Shown here in pieces: positions 29,475 through 39,270 of a stretch of DNA of 64,000 bases (position 1 is the first letter of the stretch; each line of letters begins with the position of its first letter). The stretch lies in the NCBI GenBank assembly GCA_040771865.1, contig JAXGZF010000005.1:248001-312000 (forward strand). Direction: 5' to 3'. The position numbers and the translations under genes are program-made. The notes below the pieces were generated by a model. The model saw nothing but the letters and a program-made list of their open reading frames with translations, was not told the origin of the DNA and ran no database searches. This DNA is from Desulfobacterales bacterium. Its GTDB lineage: Bacteria; Desulfobacterota; Desulfobacteria; Desulfobacterales; UBA2245.

Positions 29475-30650
29475 TCATTCGTAGAGATGAAATCTGCGGC
29501 TTTGATCGGAAAAACTCCTGATTTCCTGTTTCCATGATGCGGCAATGCGCTCAGGAGATTCTAGGGCTTCGATGCGTTGGCGGGTGTCCGGGCCTCCCAG
29601 TATCAAGTCAATCGGAAGTCGCTTGAATTCGTACTCATAGGGCGGAGATTTCCATTCAAATTTCCCTGAATGGTTTTGAAATACGGCTTGAATCAGTTTC
29701 AGAGTGGTTAAAACGGGTTCAAATCGATCCGGGGCCGTGACATGAAACTGAAACCCCAGGCAGGACTTGCCCTTCCACTTGCTGGATGTGGGCTCAAATA
29801 CCACCTGCCTCAGAAAAACCCCCGGCTGCCGGTCGCCGCCGATGGCTTCAAGAATTTTGTCCGGATCGATGAACGGAGAGCCGAACAGTTCGAACGGCTG
29901 GGTGGTGCCGCGTCCCTCGGAAATATTGGTTCCCTCCCAGATGACCTGGCCCGGATAGACCATGGCTGAAACCGGGGTGGGAAGATTGGGGGAGGGGGCG
30001 ATCCAGGGAAGTTCTGTATCCTGAAAATACATATCCCGCCGCCAGCCTTCCATGGGAACCACTTCCAGTTCACATCCGATTTCATAATCCTGGTTGAACA
30101 TTCTGGCCAGTTCTCCGATGGTCAGTGCGTGACGCATCGGAATCGGATACCGGCCGACAAAGGAGCTCCACTCGGGATCAAGGCAATTGCCTTCGATGCG
30201 TATTCCGCCGACGGGGTTCGGGCGATCGAGTATAATGACCTTCTTGCCGAAACGCCGGGCTGCTTCCATGCAGTAGGACATCGTGTAAATAAAGGTGTAA
30301 ACACGGGTTCCGGCATCCTGAAGATCCACCAGAAGAACATCGATGGGTTCCAGCATCTTTCGGTCCGGAACCCGGGTTTCTCCGTAAAGGCTGAAAACCG
30401 GAATCTTCAGCAAGGGGTCTATGCCGTGATCCGATTCGATCATGTTGTCCTGCTTTTCGGCATAAAATCCATGCTGGGGAGAATACAGGGCTTTGAGCTG
30501 CCCGGGAAATTTCTCCGAAATCAAAACCCGGGCATGTGTGAATTGCCTGTCAACCGAAGCCGGATTGCATAAGAGACCGAGGCGTTTTCCTTGAAACGAT
30601 GCGGGCGGAGAGGCGATGAACCGTTCCAGTCCGGTTTGAACGCGTGACAT
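29475..30650 (-). CDS. namZ: Exo-beta-N-acetylmuramidase NamZ family (DUF1343)
   Basis: GLLCNPASV, PQHG, SLYGETR, DLQDAGTRVYTFIYT, LDRPNP, WIAPSPNLP, SEGRGTTQPFE; no signal peptide. Confidence 0.88.
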   Translation of the reverse strand: MSRVQTGLERFIASPPASFQGKRLGLLCNPASVDRQFTHARVLISEKFPGQLKALYSPQHGFYAEKQDNMIESDHGIDPLLKIPVFSLYGETRVPDRKMLEPIDVLLVDLQDAGTRVYTFIYTMSYCMEAARRFGKKVIILDRPNPVGGIRIEGNCLDPEWSSFVGRYPIPMRHALTIGELARMFNQDYEIGCELEVVPMEGWRRDMYFQDTELPWIAPSPNLPTPVSAMVYPGQVIWEGTNISEGRGTTQPFELFGSPFIDPDKILEAIGGDRQPGVFLRQVVFEPTSSKWKGKSCLGFQFHVTAPDRFEPVLTTLKLIQAVFQNHSGKFEWKSPPYEYEFKRLPIDLILGGPDTRQRIEALESPERIAASWKQEIRSFSDQSRRFHLYE

Positions 30651-30777
30651 GAATGGAATCCTTTATACTTCGAATTTTGTAACGCTTTTCGAAGGCTACC
30701 ACATTTCCGAAACAAGCGAAAGGCGAACCAGGGTGGAACAGCTGATTTTTGATATACCCTCAATCCGAATTGATTCC

Positions 30778-30806
30778 TTGACATGAATTAAAAAAGTTAC
30801 TAAAAA
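30778..30806 (+). promoter_or_regulatory. Sigma70 promoter for the ATPase-oxidoreductase operon
   Basis: TTGACA-N17-TAAAAA. Confidence 0.6.
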
Positions 30807-30887
30807 AACAAGATTTTGATGGCTTGGCGGCGTATATTACATGGGTGCGCATGCCGGGCGAAGACGGTTTCAATCAGGTGAGCAGCG

Positions 30888-31598
30888 GTGAAAATTGATA
30901 TGAACGGTCTCGTCATTCTGGCCGGAAACTACGGCAGCGGAAAGACAGAGGTCTGTATTAACTTGGCCGTTTACGCAAGGGAATCGGGCAAGCGGGTCCG
31001 GATGGCGGATTTGGATCTGGTCAATCCGTATTTTAGAACCCGGGAAGCGCGTAAGGCGCTATCAGAGCTGGACATTGATCTGGTTCTGCCCCCTGAAAAA
31101 TATCTTCATGCCGACCTGCCTGTTTTAAGCCCTGTCATTTCGGGAATGATTCGGTCTTCCAGCGATCTGATCCTGCTGGACGTGGGTGGAGATGCTGTGG
31201 GCGCCCGTGTTCTATCCTGCCTTTCTGATGCGCTTGAGGGTCGAGATGCTCGAATGTTCCAGGTGGTGAATCCATACCGTCCTTACACGGATACGATTCA
31301 GGGGTGCATTAGAGTACAGGGGGAAATTGAAGAATCCTCGCGATTGTGCTTTGCCGGCATTGTTGGAAATGCCAACATGATCGACGAGACATCGACCGAC
31401 CATATCTATGAAGGATATGCGTTCGTCGAAAAACTCAGCCGGAAGACCGGCTTGGAATTGATTTTTATCACGGCGCCGGCCCAACTTCTGTCCAGAATGG
31501 ATCTTGCAAGGTTTTTCTGTCCGGTGCTGCCGATTCACAGGCAGCTGGTTCCGCCCTGGAAGCGCCCCGAAATGCTGCGAGCGGCTTCAAAAGGATGA
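30888..31598 (+). CDS. Uncharacterised P-loop NTPase (SIMIBI/MinD-CbiA-like)
   Basis: Walker A GNYGSGKTE, DLDLVNPYFRTRE, LDVGGD. Confidence 0.8.
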   Translation: MKIDMNGLVILAGNYGSGKTEVCINLAVYARESGKRVRMADLDLVNPYFRTREARKALSELDIDLVLPPEKYLHADLPVLSPVISGMIRSSSDLILLDVGGDAVGARVLSCLSDALEGRDARMFQVVNPYRPYTDTIQGCIRVQGEIEESSRLCFAGIVGNANMIDETSTDHIYEGYAFVEKLSRKTGLELIFITAPAQLLSRMDLARFFCPVLPIHRQLVPPWKRPEMLRAASKG

Positions 31599-31635
31599 AA
31601 AGCGGTTTTTTTAAATCGGAGAGAGAGGAGATGGC

Positions 31636-31875
31636 ATGTCTTATCAATTTTCCATCGACGCGGAAAGATGCAAAGGATGCGGCCTTTGCCTGACCGTATG
31701 TCCGAAGAAGGTCCTGGAGCTTTCTGATACGGTCAATTCTGTCGGGTATTATCCCGCCTATCAAGCTAGGCCTCAGGATTGTATCCACTGTGCACTCTGT
31801 TGCATCATGTGCCCTGATGTCGCGATCAGTATCACGGAAATCCAGGATGCCAAAGATCAGACGGAGGTAAATTAG
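31636..31875 (+). CDS. 2x[4Fe-4S] ferredoxin, oxidoreductase delta subunit
   Basis: CKGCGLCLTVCP and CIHCALCCIMCPD. Confidence 0.92.
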   Translation: MSYQFSIDAERCKGCGLCLTVCPKKVLELSDTVNSVGYYPAYQARPQDCIHCALCCIMCPDVAISITEIQDAKDQTEVN

Positions 31876-31877
31876 AC

Positions 31878-32945
31878 ATGGGCAAGATTTTAATGAAAGG
31901 AAACGAGGCGATTGCAGAGGCGGCTGTCCGGGCCGGGTGCCTGAATTATTTCGCCTACCCGATTACGCCTCAGTCCGAGATCGCCGAATATCTGTCCCGA
32001 CGCCTTCCAGAGGTTGGCGGTGTATTTTTGCAGGGAGAAAGCGAGGTGGCTGTCGGTTACATGATTTTCGGCGCTTCCGGATGCGGACAGCGGGTCTTTA
32101 CTTCGACGTCCAGCCCAGGCTTCAGCCTGATGAGCGAGGCCATCAGTTATATTGCCGGCGCGGAATGTCCCGCGGTTTTTGTCAACATTGTGCGCGGCGG
32201 ACCCGGGCTGGGCGGAATTCTGCCCTCTCAGGCCGATTATTTTCAGGCGGTCAAGGGGGGCGGGCACGGAGATTACCATCTGCTGGTCATGGCGCCGGAC
32301 GGCGTTCAGGAGGCTGTGGAAATGACGATGATGGCCTTTCCGCTGGCCGAGAAATATCGCAATCCGGTGTTGATTCTTGGGGACGGGCTGATCGGCCAGA
32401 TGATGGAACCTGTCGAATTTCCGGACAATCTGCGTTCTGAACCCACCAATAAAGACGACTGGGCCAGCAATGGAATGGCAACGAGAAACAGCGATACGCC
32501 GAATCTGGTCAAATCTTTGTTTCTGGATCCCAAGGCTCTCAACGATCACAACCTGAAGCTCAAGTCCAAGTACGAGCGCATGAAGCGCGAAGACCTTCGG
32601 TACGAAGCTTATAACGCTGACACGGATTATCAGACGCTGATCGTCAGTTTCGGCACCATGAGCCGGGTATGTAGAACCGCCATCGATGCCTTGAAACGGC
32701 AGGGTATCGAGGTGGGAATGATCCGTCCTCAGACCCTTTTCCCTTTCCCGGAGGAGGCGATTCACGATGCCGCGATCCGGCCCAGCTGCAAGGCGGTGCT
32801 GAGCATTGAACTGAACATGGGGCAGATGCTTGAGGATGTTCAACGGGCGGTATTGGGCAGACGGCCGGTTCACTGGCATGGAAATGCCGGGGGGGATATT
32901 CCATCTCCCGAGGACATTATGGACCTGGTGAAATCCTTTTTGTAA
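31878..32945 (+). CDS. vorB: 2-oxoacid:ferredoxin oxidoreductase alpha subunit (VorB-like)
   Basis: MKGNEAIAEAA, YPITPQSE, STSSPG, RGGPGLG, GGGHGDY. Confidence 0.88.
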   Translation: MGKILMKGNEAIAEAAVRAGCLNYFAYPITPQSEIAEYLSRRLPEVGGVFLQGESEVAVGYMIFGASGCGQRVFTSTSSPGFSLMSEAISYIAGAECPAVFVNIVRGGPGLGGILPSQADYFQAVKGGGHGDYHLLVMAPDGVQEAVEMTMMAFPLAEKYRNPVLILGDGLIGQMMEPVEFPDNLRSEPTNKDDWASNGMATRNSDTPNLVKSLFLDPKALNDHNLKLKSKYERMKREDLRYEAYNADTDYQTLIVSFGTMSRVCRTAIDALKRQGIEVGMIRPQTLFPFPEEAIHDAAIRPSCKAVLSIELNMGQMLEDVQRAVLGRRPVHWHGNAGGDIPSPEDIMDLVKSFL

Positions 32946-33054
32946 GACCGGCGAGTTTGTTTTGCGCATGCCGAAAATTCAGTCTCGGGCAAAAGGTCTT
33001 TGGATTCTGAATGACAAACCTGCAGGAGACTGACTGAAACAAGGAGCCTACATT

Positions 33055-33792
33055 ATGGCGAAGACATTTAAAAAACCCGAATCCCTGACAACACGATATA
33101 CGCATTATTGCCCCGGATGCACTCACGGCGTGATTCATCGGCTGGTGGCGGAAGCCATTGATGAGCTGGGAATTCGAAAGCGCACCGTGGGGATTGCCCC
33201 GGTCGGGTGTGCGGTGATGGTGTATAATTACATCGATTGCGATTTCCAGGAAGCCGCGCACGGCCGGGCACCGGCAATGGCTACGGGCATCAAGCGCGTT
33301 CGGCCGGACCTGATCGTCTTTACCTATCAGGGAGACGGAGACCTGGCCAGCATCGGAATGGGTGAAATCATTCATGCCGCCAATCGGGGGGAGAAATTTA
33401 CCACCATTTTTGTCAACAATGCGATTTATGGTATGACCGGAGGCCAGATGGCGCCAACCACCATGCCTAATCAGAAAACCACGACCTGCTCTATGGGGAG
33501 AAACGTCGATTTGGTGGGCATGCCGATTCGGATTGCCGAACTGCTGTCGTCGCTGGCGACGCCCGGATACATTACGCGCCAGACGGTGATACGTCCCAAG
33601 TATATTCTCAAGGCAAAAGAGGCGATTAAAAGAGCCTTTGCCTACCAGGCGGCGGGAAAATGCTTCAGCCTGGTGGAGGTGGTCAGCACCTGTCCGACAA
33701 ACTGGGGAATGACGCCGGTCGAAGCGGTGGAATGGACCGAAAAAACCATGCTTCCCTATTACCGATTGGGCGATTTTAAAACCCCCGAGTGA
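33055..33792 (+). CDS. 2-oxoacid:ferredoxin oxidoreductase beta (TPP-binding) subunit
   Basis: HYCPGCTHG, PVGC, HGRA, YQGDGD...NNAIYGMTGGQ, STCPTNW. Confidence 0.92.
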   Translation: MAKTFKKPESLTTRYTHYCPGCTHGVIHRLVAEAIDELGIRKRTVGIAPVGCAVMVYNYIDCDFQEAAHGRAPAMATGIKRVRPDLIVFTYQGDGDLASIGMGEIIHAANRGEKFTTIFVNNAIYGMTGGQMAPTTMPNQKTTTCSMGRNVDLVGMPIRIAELLSSLATPGYITRQTVIRPKYILKAKEAIKRAFAYQAAGKCFSLVEVVSTCPTNWGMTPVEAVEWTEKTMLPYYRLGDFKTPE

Positions 33793-33807
33793 ATGGAGGA
33801 GGATTCC

Positions 33808-34350
33808 ATGCAGCGAGAAGTGATGTTTGCCGGATTTGGCGGACAGGGAATTTTACTCAGCGGAAAGATTCTCGCCGAGACGGCCATGGCAGAGGGACTG
33901 GAGGTGGCTTGGATTCCGTCCTATGGTCCGGAGATGCGCGGCGGAACGGCTTACTGTCTGGTGGCCATCAGCGATCAGCCCATCGGGTCTCCGATCGTTC
34001 GAACGCCCTCGCATCTGGTGGCCATGAACCGGCCTTCCCTGGTCAAGTTTGCTCCGACGATCAAACCCGGCGGCGTGATTGTGATCAATAGCTCCATCAT
34101 CGATATCGGCTCAAATCGTTCTGATGTGGACGAACTGTTCGTTCCCGTCACCGATATTGCAAAGGAGCTGGGCAATGTGCGGGCGGCCAATATCGTCGCT
34201 TTATCGGCCTTTGTGGCCCGAAGCCGGATTGTCGGACTGGAGGCCTTTAAGAATACGGTTGATGCAGAGTTTGCCAAAAAGCCGGATTTGCGGTCGATCA
34301 ATCTGGCGGCGGTTGAGGCCGGAATATCTGCGGCCTTGAAGGGCCGGTAA
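33808..34350 (+). CDS. 2-oxoacid:ferredoxin oxidoreductase gamma subunit
   Basis: AGFGGQG, PSYGPEMRGGTA, ANIVAL; RBS GGAGG. Confidence 0.92.
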   Translation: MQREVMFAGFGGQGILLSGKILAETAMAEGLEVAWIPSYGPEMRGGTAYCLVAISDQPIGSPIVRTPSHLVAMNRPSLVKFAPTIKPGGVIVINSSIIDIGSNRSDVDELFVPVTDIAKELGNVRAANIVALSAFVARSRIVGLEAFKNTVDAEFAKKPDLRSINLAAVEAGISAALKGR

Positions 34351-34382
34351 ACGAGTTTGGCCGGCCGGGAGAAAGATTTTTT

Positions 34383-35477
34383 ATGAAAGTATCTGTCCCG
34401 GAGTTTATTTTGTCGATCAAGCCCTATGTGCCGGGCAAACCCATCGAGGAACTGGAGCGGGAATACGGAATCGCCGATTCCATCAAGCTGGCCTCCAACG
34501 AAAACCCTCTTGGACCTTCTCCAAGAGCTGTTCAGGCTATCGTTGATGCGGTGGGAAAACTTCACCGGTATCCGGACGGAAGCGCCCATGGATTGGTGCG
34601 CAAGATCGCCGAAAAATTCGGACTGTCTTCCGAAAATGTGGTTCCGGGGAACGGGTCCGACGAGATCATCGGCTTGCTTGCCCGGGTTCTGCTCAACCAC
34701 GGGGATGAGGTGGTTCTGCCGTATCCATCCTTTCTGGTATATGAAATCGCTGTCCGCAGCGTGGGAGGGAAGCCGGTTCTGGTTCCCCTCAAATCGATGA
34801 AGATGGATCTGGAGCGAATGCTGGACAGCATGACCGACAGAACCCGCATGGTTTTTATATGCAACCCCAACAACCCGACCGGAACGGTAATTTCGAAGCA
34901 GGAGTTTGGTTGGTTCATGTCCCGGATTCCCCCTGATGTCTGGGTTGTGATCGATGAGGCTTATATCGAATTCGTCCGGAATCCGGATTGCCTTCAGGGG
35001 GTCGGCTGGGTGAACAACGAGCGGCCGGTGGCGGTGCTTCGCACCTTTTCCAAAATTTACGGACTGGCGGGACTTCGTATCGGATACGGTCTGATGCCAT
35101 CTGCCCTGACTCAGATGATTCACCGAATTCGGGCGCCTTTCAACGCCGGCAGTCTGGCTCAGGCCGGGGCGATCGCGGCTCTCGACGACGATATGTTTGT
35201 GAAAAAGACGCTGTCTCAGATCCATTCAGGTCTTGCCTATCTGTATGACGCGCTGGATCGTCGCGGCATCGAGTACCATTCGACAGAGGCAAACTTTTTT
35301 CTCATTCGCGTTCAGAATGCCGAAGCGGTTTTTCATGCGCTTCTGAGGGAAGGGGTTATCGTCCGCTCGATGCGTTCTTACGGGTATGCCGACTGTATTC
35401 GCGTCAATGTCGGACTGGATGAAGAAAACAGGCGATTTATCGATGCCCTGGACCGGGTGATAGGGAAGATGTCCTGA
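34383..35477 (+). CDS. hisC: Histidinol-phosphate aminotransferase
   Basis: YVPGKP, KLASNENPLG, GNGSDE, NPNNPTG, DEAY, RTFSKIYGLAGLRIGY. Confidence 0.95.
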   Translation: MKVSVPEFILSIKPYVPGKPIEELEREYGIADSIKLASNENPLGPSPRAVQAIVDAVGKLHRYPDGSAHGLVRKIAEKFGLSSENVVPGNGSDEIIGLLARVLLNHGDEVVLPYPSFLVYEIAVRSVGGKPVLVPLKSMKMDLERMLDSMTDRTRMVFICNPNNPTGTVISKQEFGWFMSRIPPDVWVVIDEAYIEFVRNPDCLQGVGWVNNERPVAVLRTFSKIYGLAGLRIGYGLMPSALTQMIHRIRAPFNAGSLAQAGAIAALDDDMFVKKTLSQIHSGLAYLYDALDRRGIEYHSTEANFFLIRVQNAEAVFHALLREGVIVRSMRSYGYADCIRVNVGLDEENRRFIDALDRVIGKMS

Positions 35478-35550
35478 ACCGGCGACGGTTCAGCAAACCG
35501 GATCGGCACGGACCTGTGCCTTCATTTTGAATGTCCTCAGGCGGAATGTC

Positions 35551-36261
35551 ATGGCTGTAAAACACCTGCTGATTACGATCGACGGGCCGGCCGGCGCCGG
35601 AAAATCCACGGTCAGCCGCATGCTGGCTGATCGGCTCGAATGCCGGTATTTCGACACCGGCGCACTGTATCGGGCTGTGGCATATGAGAGCCTGAAGAAA
35701 GGGATTTCCGCAGAGGATGATTCGACTCTCGAAACCCTGTGCCGCGGTCTTCGGCTGGAGCTGGTCCGCGAGGGACGGGAGATGCGTATTTTTTCCAATG
35801 GAGTGGATATCAGCGATTTGATTCGAAACGCCGAAGTGACCATGCAGGCCTCGGCAGTTTCAGCCCGACCGGTGGTTCGCGCCTGTCTGCTCGCTTTACA
35901 GCGTGAGCTGGGGCTGCGCTACGGCGGTATTTTTGAGGGCCGGGACATGGGAACGGTTGTGTTTCCTGAAGCGGACTTCAAGTTTTATCTGGATGCATCG
36001 GTCCGAACCCGCGCGCTTCGTCGGCAAAGGGAGTTTGCGCACATTGATCACAGATCCCTTGAAGCGGTGGAAAAAGACATCCGGCAGCGGGATCAGCAGG
36101 ACAGCGGTCGCGCGATTGCGCCGCTCAAACCGGCTTTGGACGCCGTAATCATCGATTCGACGGATCTGTCTCCTGAGGAAGCGGTGAAAAAAATGCTTGA
36201 AACGATCGCCCGTAAGCATGCCGGCGTCATACCGGCCGAAAAACAGCCCGCTGATCAATAA
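35551..36261 (+). CDS. cmk: Cytidylate kinase
   Basis: IDGPAGAGKST, DTGALYR, EGRDMGTVVFP, RDQQD; upstream of rpsA. Confidence 0.96.
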   Translation: MAVKHLLITIDGPAGAGKSTVSRMLADRLECRYFDTGALYRAVAYESLKKGISAEDDSTLETLCRGLRLELVREGREMRIFSNGVDISDLIRNAEVTMQASAVSARPVVRACLLALQRELGLRYGGIFEGRDMGTVVFPEADFKFYLDASVRTRALRRQREFAHIDHRSLEAVEKDIRQRDQQDSGRAIAPLKPALDAVIIDSTDLSPEEAVKKMLETIARKHAGVIPAEKQPADQ

Positions 36262-36355
36262 TAGTAGTTGAGTTTTCCAGATTCGTCTGATAATGCTATT
36301 CAAATTAGGCAACCGTTGGAGTTGCAACATAATAGGCTAAGGGGGATATTTTTTA

Positions 36356-38167
36356 ATGAACAACATGGCAACAAACGATTCAAACAAAAATTTAGATTTG
36401 GATGAGCATTCCGCTGCTGTTTCGCATCCACAGGCAGACAATCAAGGCCCTCAGCCCGGTTCCGACGTTTTGACAAAAGAGGGCGCGGGCGACGAGATGG
36501 AAGACCTGATGGTCATGTACGAGGAAAGCTTCCGGCGATTTGCCGAAGGCGAGGTGGTCACGGGTCGCGTGATTTCCATTGATAAGGATTTTGTTCTGGT
36601 GGATATCGGTTATAAGTCCGAGGGGCAGATCCGTATCCATGAATTCATGGATGAGAACGGTGAAATGACGGCGAAGGTCGGGGACGTCATTGAGGTCATG
36701 GTTGAATGGTGGGACGATGAAGAGGAAGTCGTTGTCCTTTCCAAGGAAAAAGCGGCCAAAATCAAGGTCTGGGAAGAAATCAAGAATGCCTATGACGAGG
36801 ACGGAATAGTAGAAGGCGTTATCGTTCACCGCGTAAAGGGCGGCTTTTCAGTTGATATCGGCGTTCTGGCGTTTCTGCCGGGCTCGCAGGCGGATCTTCG
36901 CCCGATTCGCAATCTGGACGAGATGGTCGGAAAGACCTTTGCTTTCAAGATTCTGAAATACAATAGGAAACGGAGCAATATCGTATTGTCCCGCCGCGCC
37001 ATTCTGGAACAGGAACGCGAGGCGCAGCGGAGCGCGACCCTGAGCGCCATCACCGAAGGCAAGGTTGTTGAAGGCGTTGTCAAAAACATCACCGAATACG
37101 GTGTGTTTGTGGATCTTGGCGGCGTGGACGGGCTGCTGCATATTACCGATATTTCCTGGGGCCGGGTCAAACATCCTTCGGAGATGTTTTCCGTGGGTGA
37201 TCCCATCAAGGTGAAAATCCTGAGCATGGATGTCGAGAAGGAGAGAGTTTCGCTCGGCATGAAGCAACTGACCGAAGATCCCTGGGTGACGGCTTCGAAA
37301 AAATACCCGGTCGGTTCAAAGGTCACCGGAAGGGTTGTCAGCCTGACGGATTACGGCGCATTTGTGGAGCTTGAAGAAGGCATTGAAGGCCTCATCCATG
37401 TTTCGGAAATGTCCTGGACCCGCAAGGTGCGCCATCCTTCCAAGGTGGTCTCCGTAGGAGATGAAGTGGCCGCCGTGGTGCTGGATATCAAACCCGAGAA
37501 CCGAAGAATCTCTCTGGGCATGAAGCAGGTCGCGCCCAATCCCTGGGATGTGATCAGCGAGAAATATCCGGTGGGCACCACTATCGAGGGGAAGATTAAA
37601 AATATCACGGATTTTGGCCTTTTCATCGGCATCGACGAGGGAATTGACGGGCTGGTTCACATATCGGATATTTCCTGGACCAAGCGCATTAAACATCCTT
37701 CGGAGGTCTGTAAAAAAGGCGATGTGGTTCGTGCCATCGTTCTGGATATCGAAAAGGACAACGAGCGGTTTTCTCTGGGAATCAAGCAACTGGAGCCGGA
37801 CCCCTGGACCACAGTGGCTCAGCGGTACGAGGTCGGAAAAGAGATTACCGGCACCATTACGAATCTGACTGATTTCGGCATCTTTGTGGAACTGGAAGAA
37901 GGCATCGAAGGTCTGGTCCATGTTTCCGAGATCAGCAAGGAGAAGATCAAGACGCCGGTCGGCAAGTTCAATGTTGGTGATTTGATTACCGCTCGGGTCA
38001 TGAATATCAACAGCGATGAGCGTCGCATCGGTCTTTCCATCAAACGTCTGGAGGTGGAAGATGAACAGTCGATGCTCAATGAATATGTGAGCAAGATGGG
38101 TCCGGCCACGTCCAGCTTTGGCGAGATTCTGCGAGAAAATCTTCAGGAAAAACTCAGCGAAAAGTAA
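36356..38167 (+). CDS. rpsA: 30S ribosomal protein S1
   Basis: Six S1 repeats (YGVFVDLGGVDGLLHITDISW, YGAFVELEEGIEGLIHVSEMSW etc.). Confidence 0.98.
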   Translation: MNNMATNDSNKNLDLDEHSAAVSHPQADNQGPQPGSDVLTKEGAGDEMEDLMVMYEESFRRFAEGEVVTGRVISIDKDFVLVDIGYKSEGQIRIHEFMDENGEMTAKVGDVIEVMVEWWDDEEEVVVLSKEKAAKIKVWEEIKNAYDEDGIVEGVIVHRVKGGFSVDIGVLAFLPGSQADLRPIRNLDEMVGKTFAFKILKYNRKRSNIVLSRRAILEQEREAQRSATLSAITEGKVVEGVVKNITEYGVFVDLGGVDGLLHITDISWGRVKHPSEMFSVGDPIKVKILSMDVEKERVSLGMKQLTEDPWVTASKKYPVGSKVTGRVVSLTDYGAFVELEEGIEGLIHVSEMSWTRKVRHPSKVVSVGDEVAAVVLDIKPENRRISLGMKQVAPNPWDVISEKYPVGTTIEGKIKNITDFGLFIGIDEGIDGLVHISDISWTKRIKHPSEVCKKGDVVRAIVLDIEKDNERFSLGIKQLEPDPWTTVAQRYEVGKEITGTITNLTDFGIFVELEEGIEGLVHVSEISKEKIKTPVGKFNVGDLITARVMNINSDERRIGLSIKRLEVEDEQSMLNEYVSKMGPATSSFGEILRENLQEKLSEK

Positions 38168-38300
38168 GCCTGAACGGGCAAGACCCGTCCAGTATTCTTG
38201 AAATGAAAAACCGGGGCGCTTTGCCGCCCCGGTACCGCATTTCACCCTTTTTCCGCTTCAATTCAAATCGTGCCGGTCGGACGGCACGGCGAAGGTCATT

Positions 38301-39194
38301 ATGTTTTCCCGGCGACACCCATATCTATTTTTCATGCTTTGCTCGTTCGGTCTCGGCGTTGCGGGGCTTGCTTTCATTGCCATGATCGTCAAGTCGGCAG
38401 CGCGTCCGGACCGATTCGAGGTCGGAGAGAAAATCGGCATCGTCGAGGTGACCGGCGTGATTGCCGATTCAAAAAAAGTGCTTCAGGATATCAAACTCTT
38501 TCGAGATGATGACGCCATTCGTGCCATTGTGATTCGAATCGATTCGCCCGGCGGTGCAGTCGGGCCTTCCCAGGAAATATACCGCGAGCTGATAAGAACC
38601 ATCGGTGTCAAGCATGTGGTTGCATCCCTGGGTTCAGTTGCAGCATCGGGAGGCTATTACGTCGCAGCCGGAGCTGAGAAAATCGTGGCTAGCCCCGGAA
38701 CTCTGACCGGCAGCATCGGGGTTATTCTGGGATATACGAATTTCGAGAAAATTCTCGATAAGATCGGGTTGACCCCGGTTGTGATTAAAAGCGGCGCATA
38801 CAAGGATATCGGATCCCCGGTGCGGGAGATGTCCGACTCGGAACGGCAGATCCTTCAGAATTTTGTCGAAAAGATTCACACCCAGTTTATCGATGATGTG
38901 GCCAAGGGTCGGAAAATGGAGATCGCAGAGGTGGCAGCCCTGGCCGATGGACGGATTTTTACCGGACAGGACGCCGAGAGTTTCAAACTGGTTGACCGGA
39001 TGGGAAATCTGGAAGATGCGGTGCGGTGGGCTGCCGATCTGGCCGGAGTGACGGGAAAAATTCAATCCGTATATCCGAGGAGAAAGCTTTCTCTTGGTGA
39101 ATTGCTGGATACCTCCGCTGTGGAAGGGGTATTGGACCGGGCGCTTCATCCGGAGATCAAGGCTGAATACCGCTATCACCCTGCCGGAGACTGA
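38301..39194 (+). CDS. sppA: Signal peptide peptidase SppA (S49, short form)
   Basis: IDSPGG, AASGGYY, TGSIGV, KSGAYKD, ADGRIFTG. Confidence 0.94.
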   Translation: MFSRRHPYLFFMLCSFGLGVAGLAFIAMIVKSAARPDRFEVGEKIGIVEVTGVIADSKKVLQDIKLFRDDDAIRAIVIRIDSPGGAVGPSQEIYRELIRTIGVKHVVASLGSVAASGGYYVAAGAEKIVASPGTLTGSIGVILGYTNFEKILDKIGLTPVVIKSGAYKDIGSPVREMSDSERQILQNFVEKIHTQFIDDVAKGRKMEIAEVAALADGRIFTGQDAESFKLVDRMGNLEDAVRWAADLAGVTGKIQSVYPRRKLSLGELLDTSAVEGVLDRALHPEIKAEYRYHPAGD

Positions 39195-39270
39195 TCCGCT
39201 TTTTTAGGGTTCAGGGCTAATTTGCTTCGTGCAACGAATTTTCATTTCAAATATCTGTTTCAGGGTTATT

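Noticed and set aside
31890..35225. Long antisense ORFs (359 aa and 416 aa) opposite vorB, gamma subunit and hisC
   Set aside because: Shadow ORFs from codon bias of well-supported sense genes; no motifs
36800..38050. Nucleotide repeats such as GATATTTCCTGG and AAACATCCTTCGGAG
   Set aside because: Internal S1 domain repeats of rpsA, not CRISPR or mobile repeats
38170..38233. Two hairpins between rpsA and sppA
   Set aside because: No U-tract on the coding strand; may be stabilising or pausing elements, but not supportable as a terminator or ncRNA
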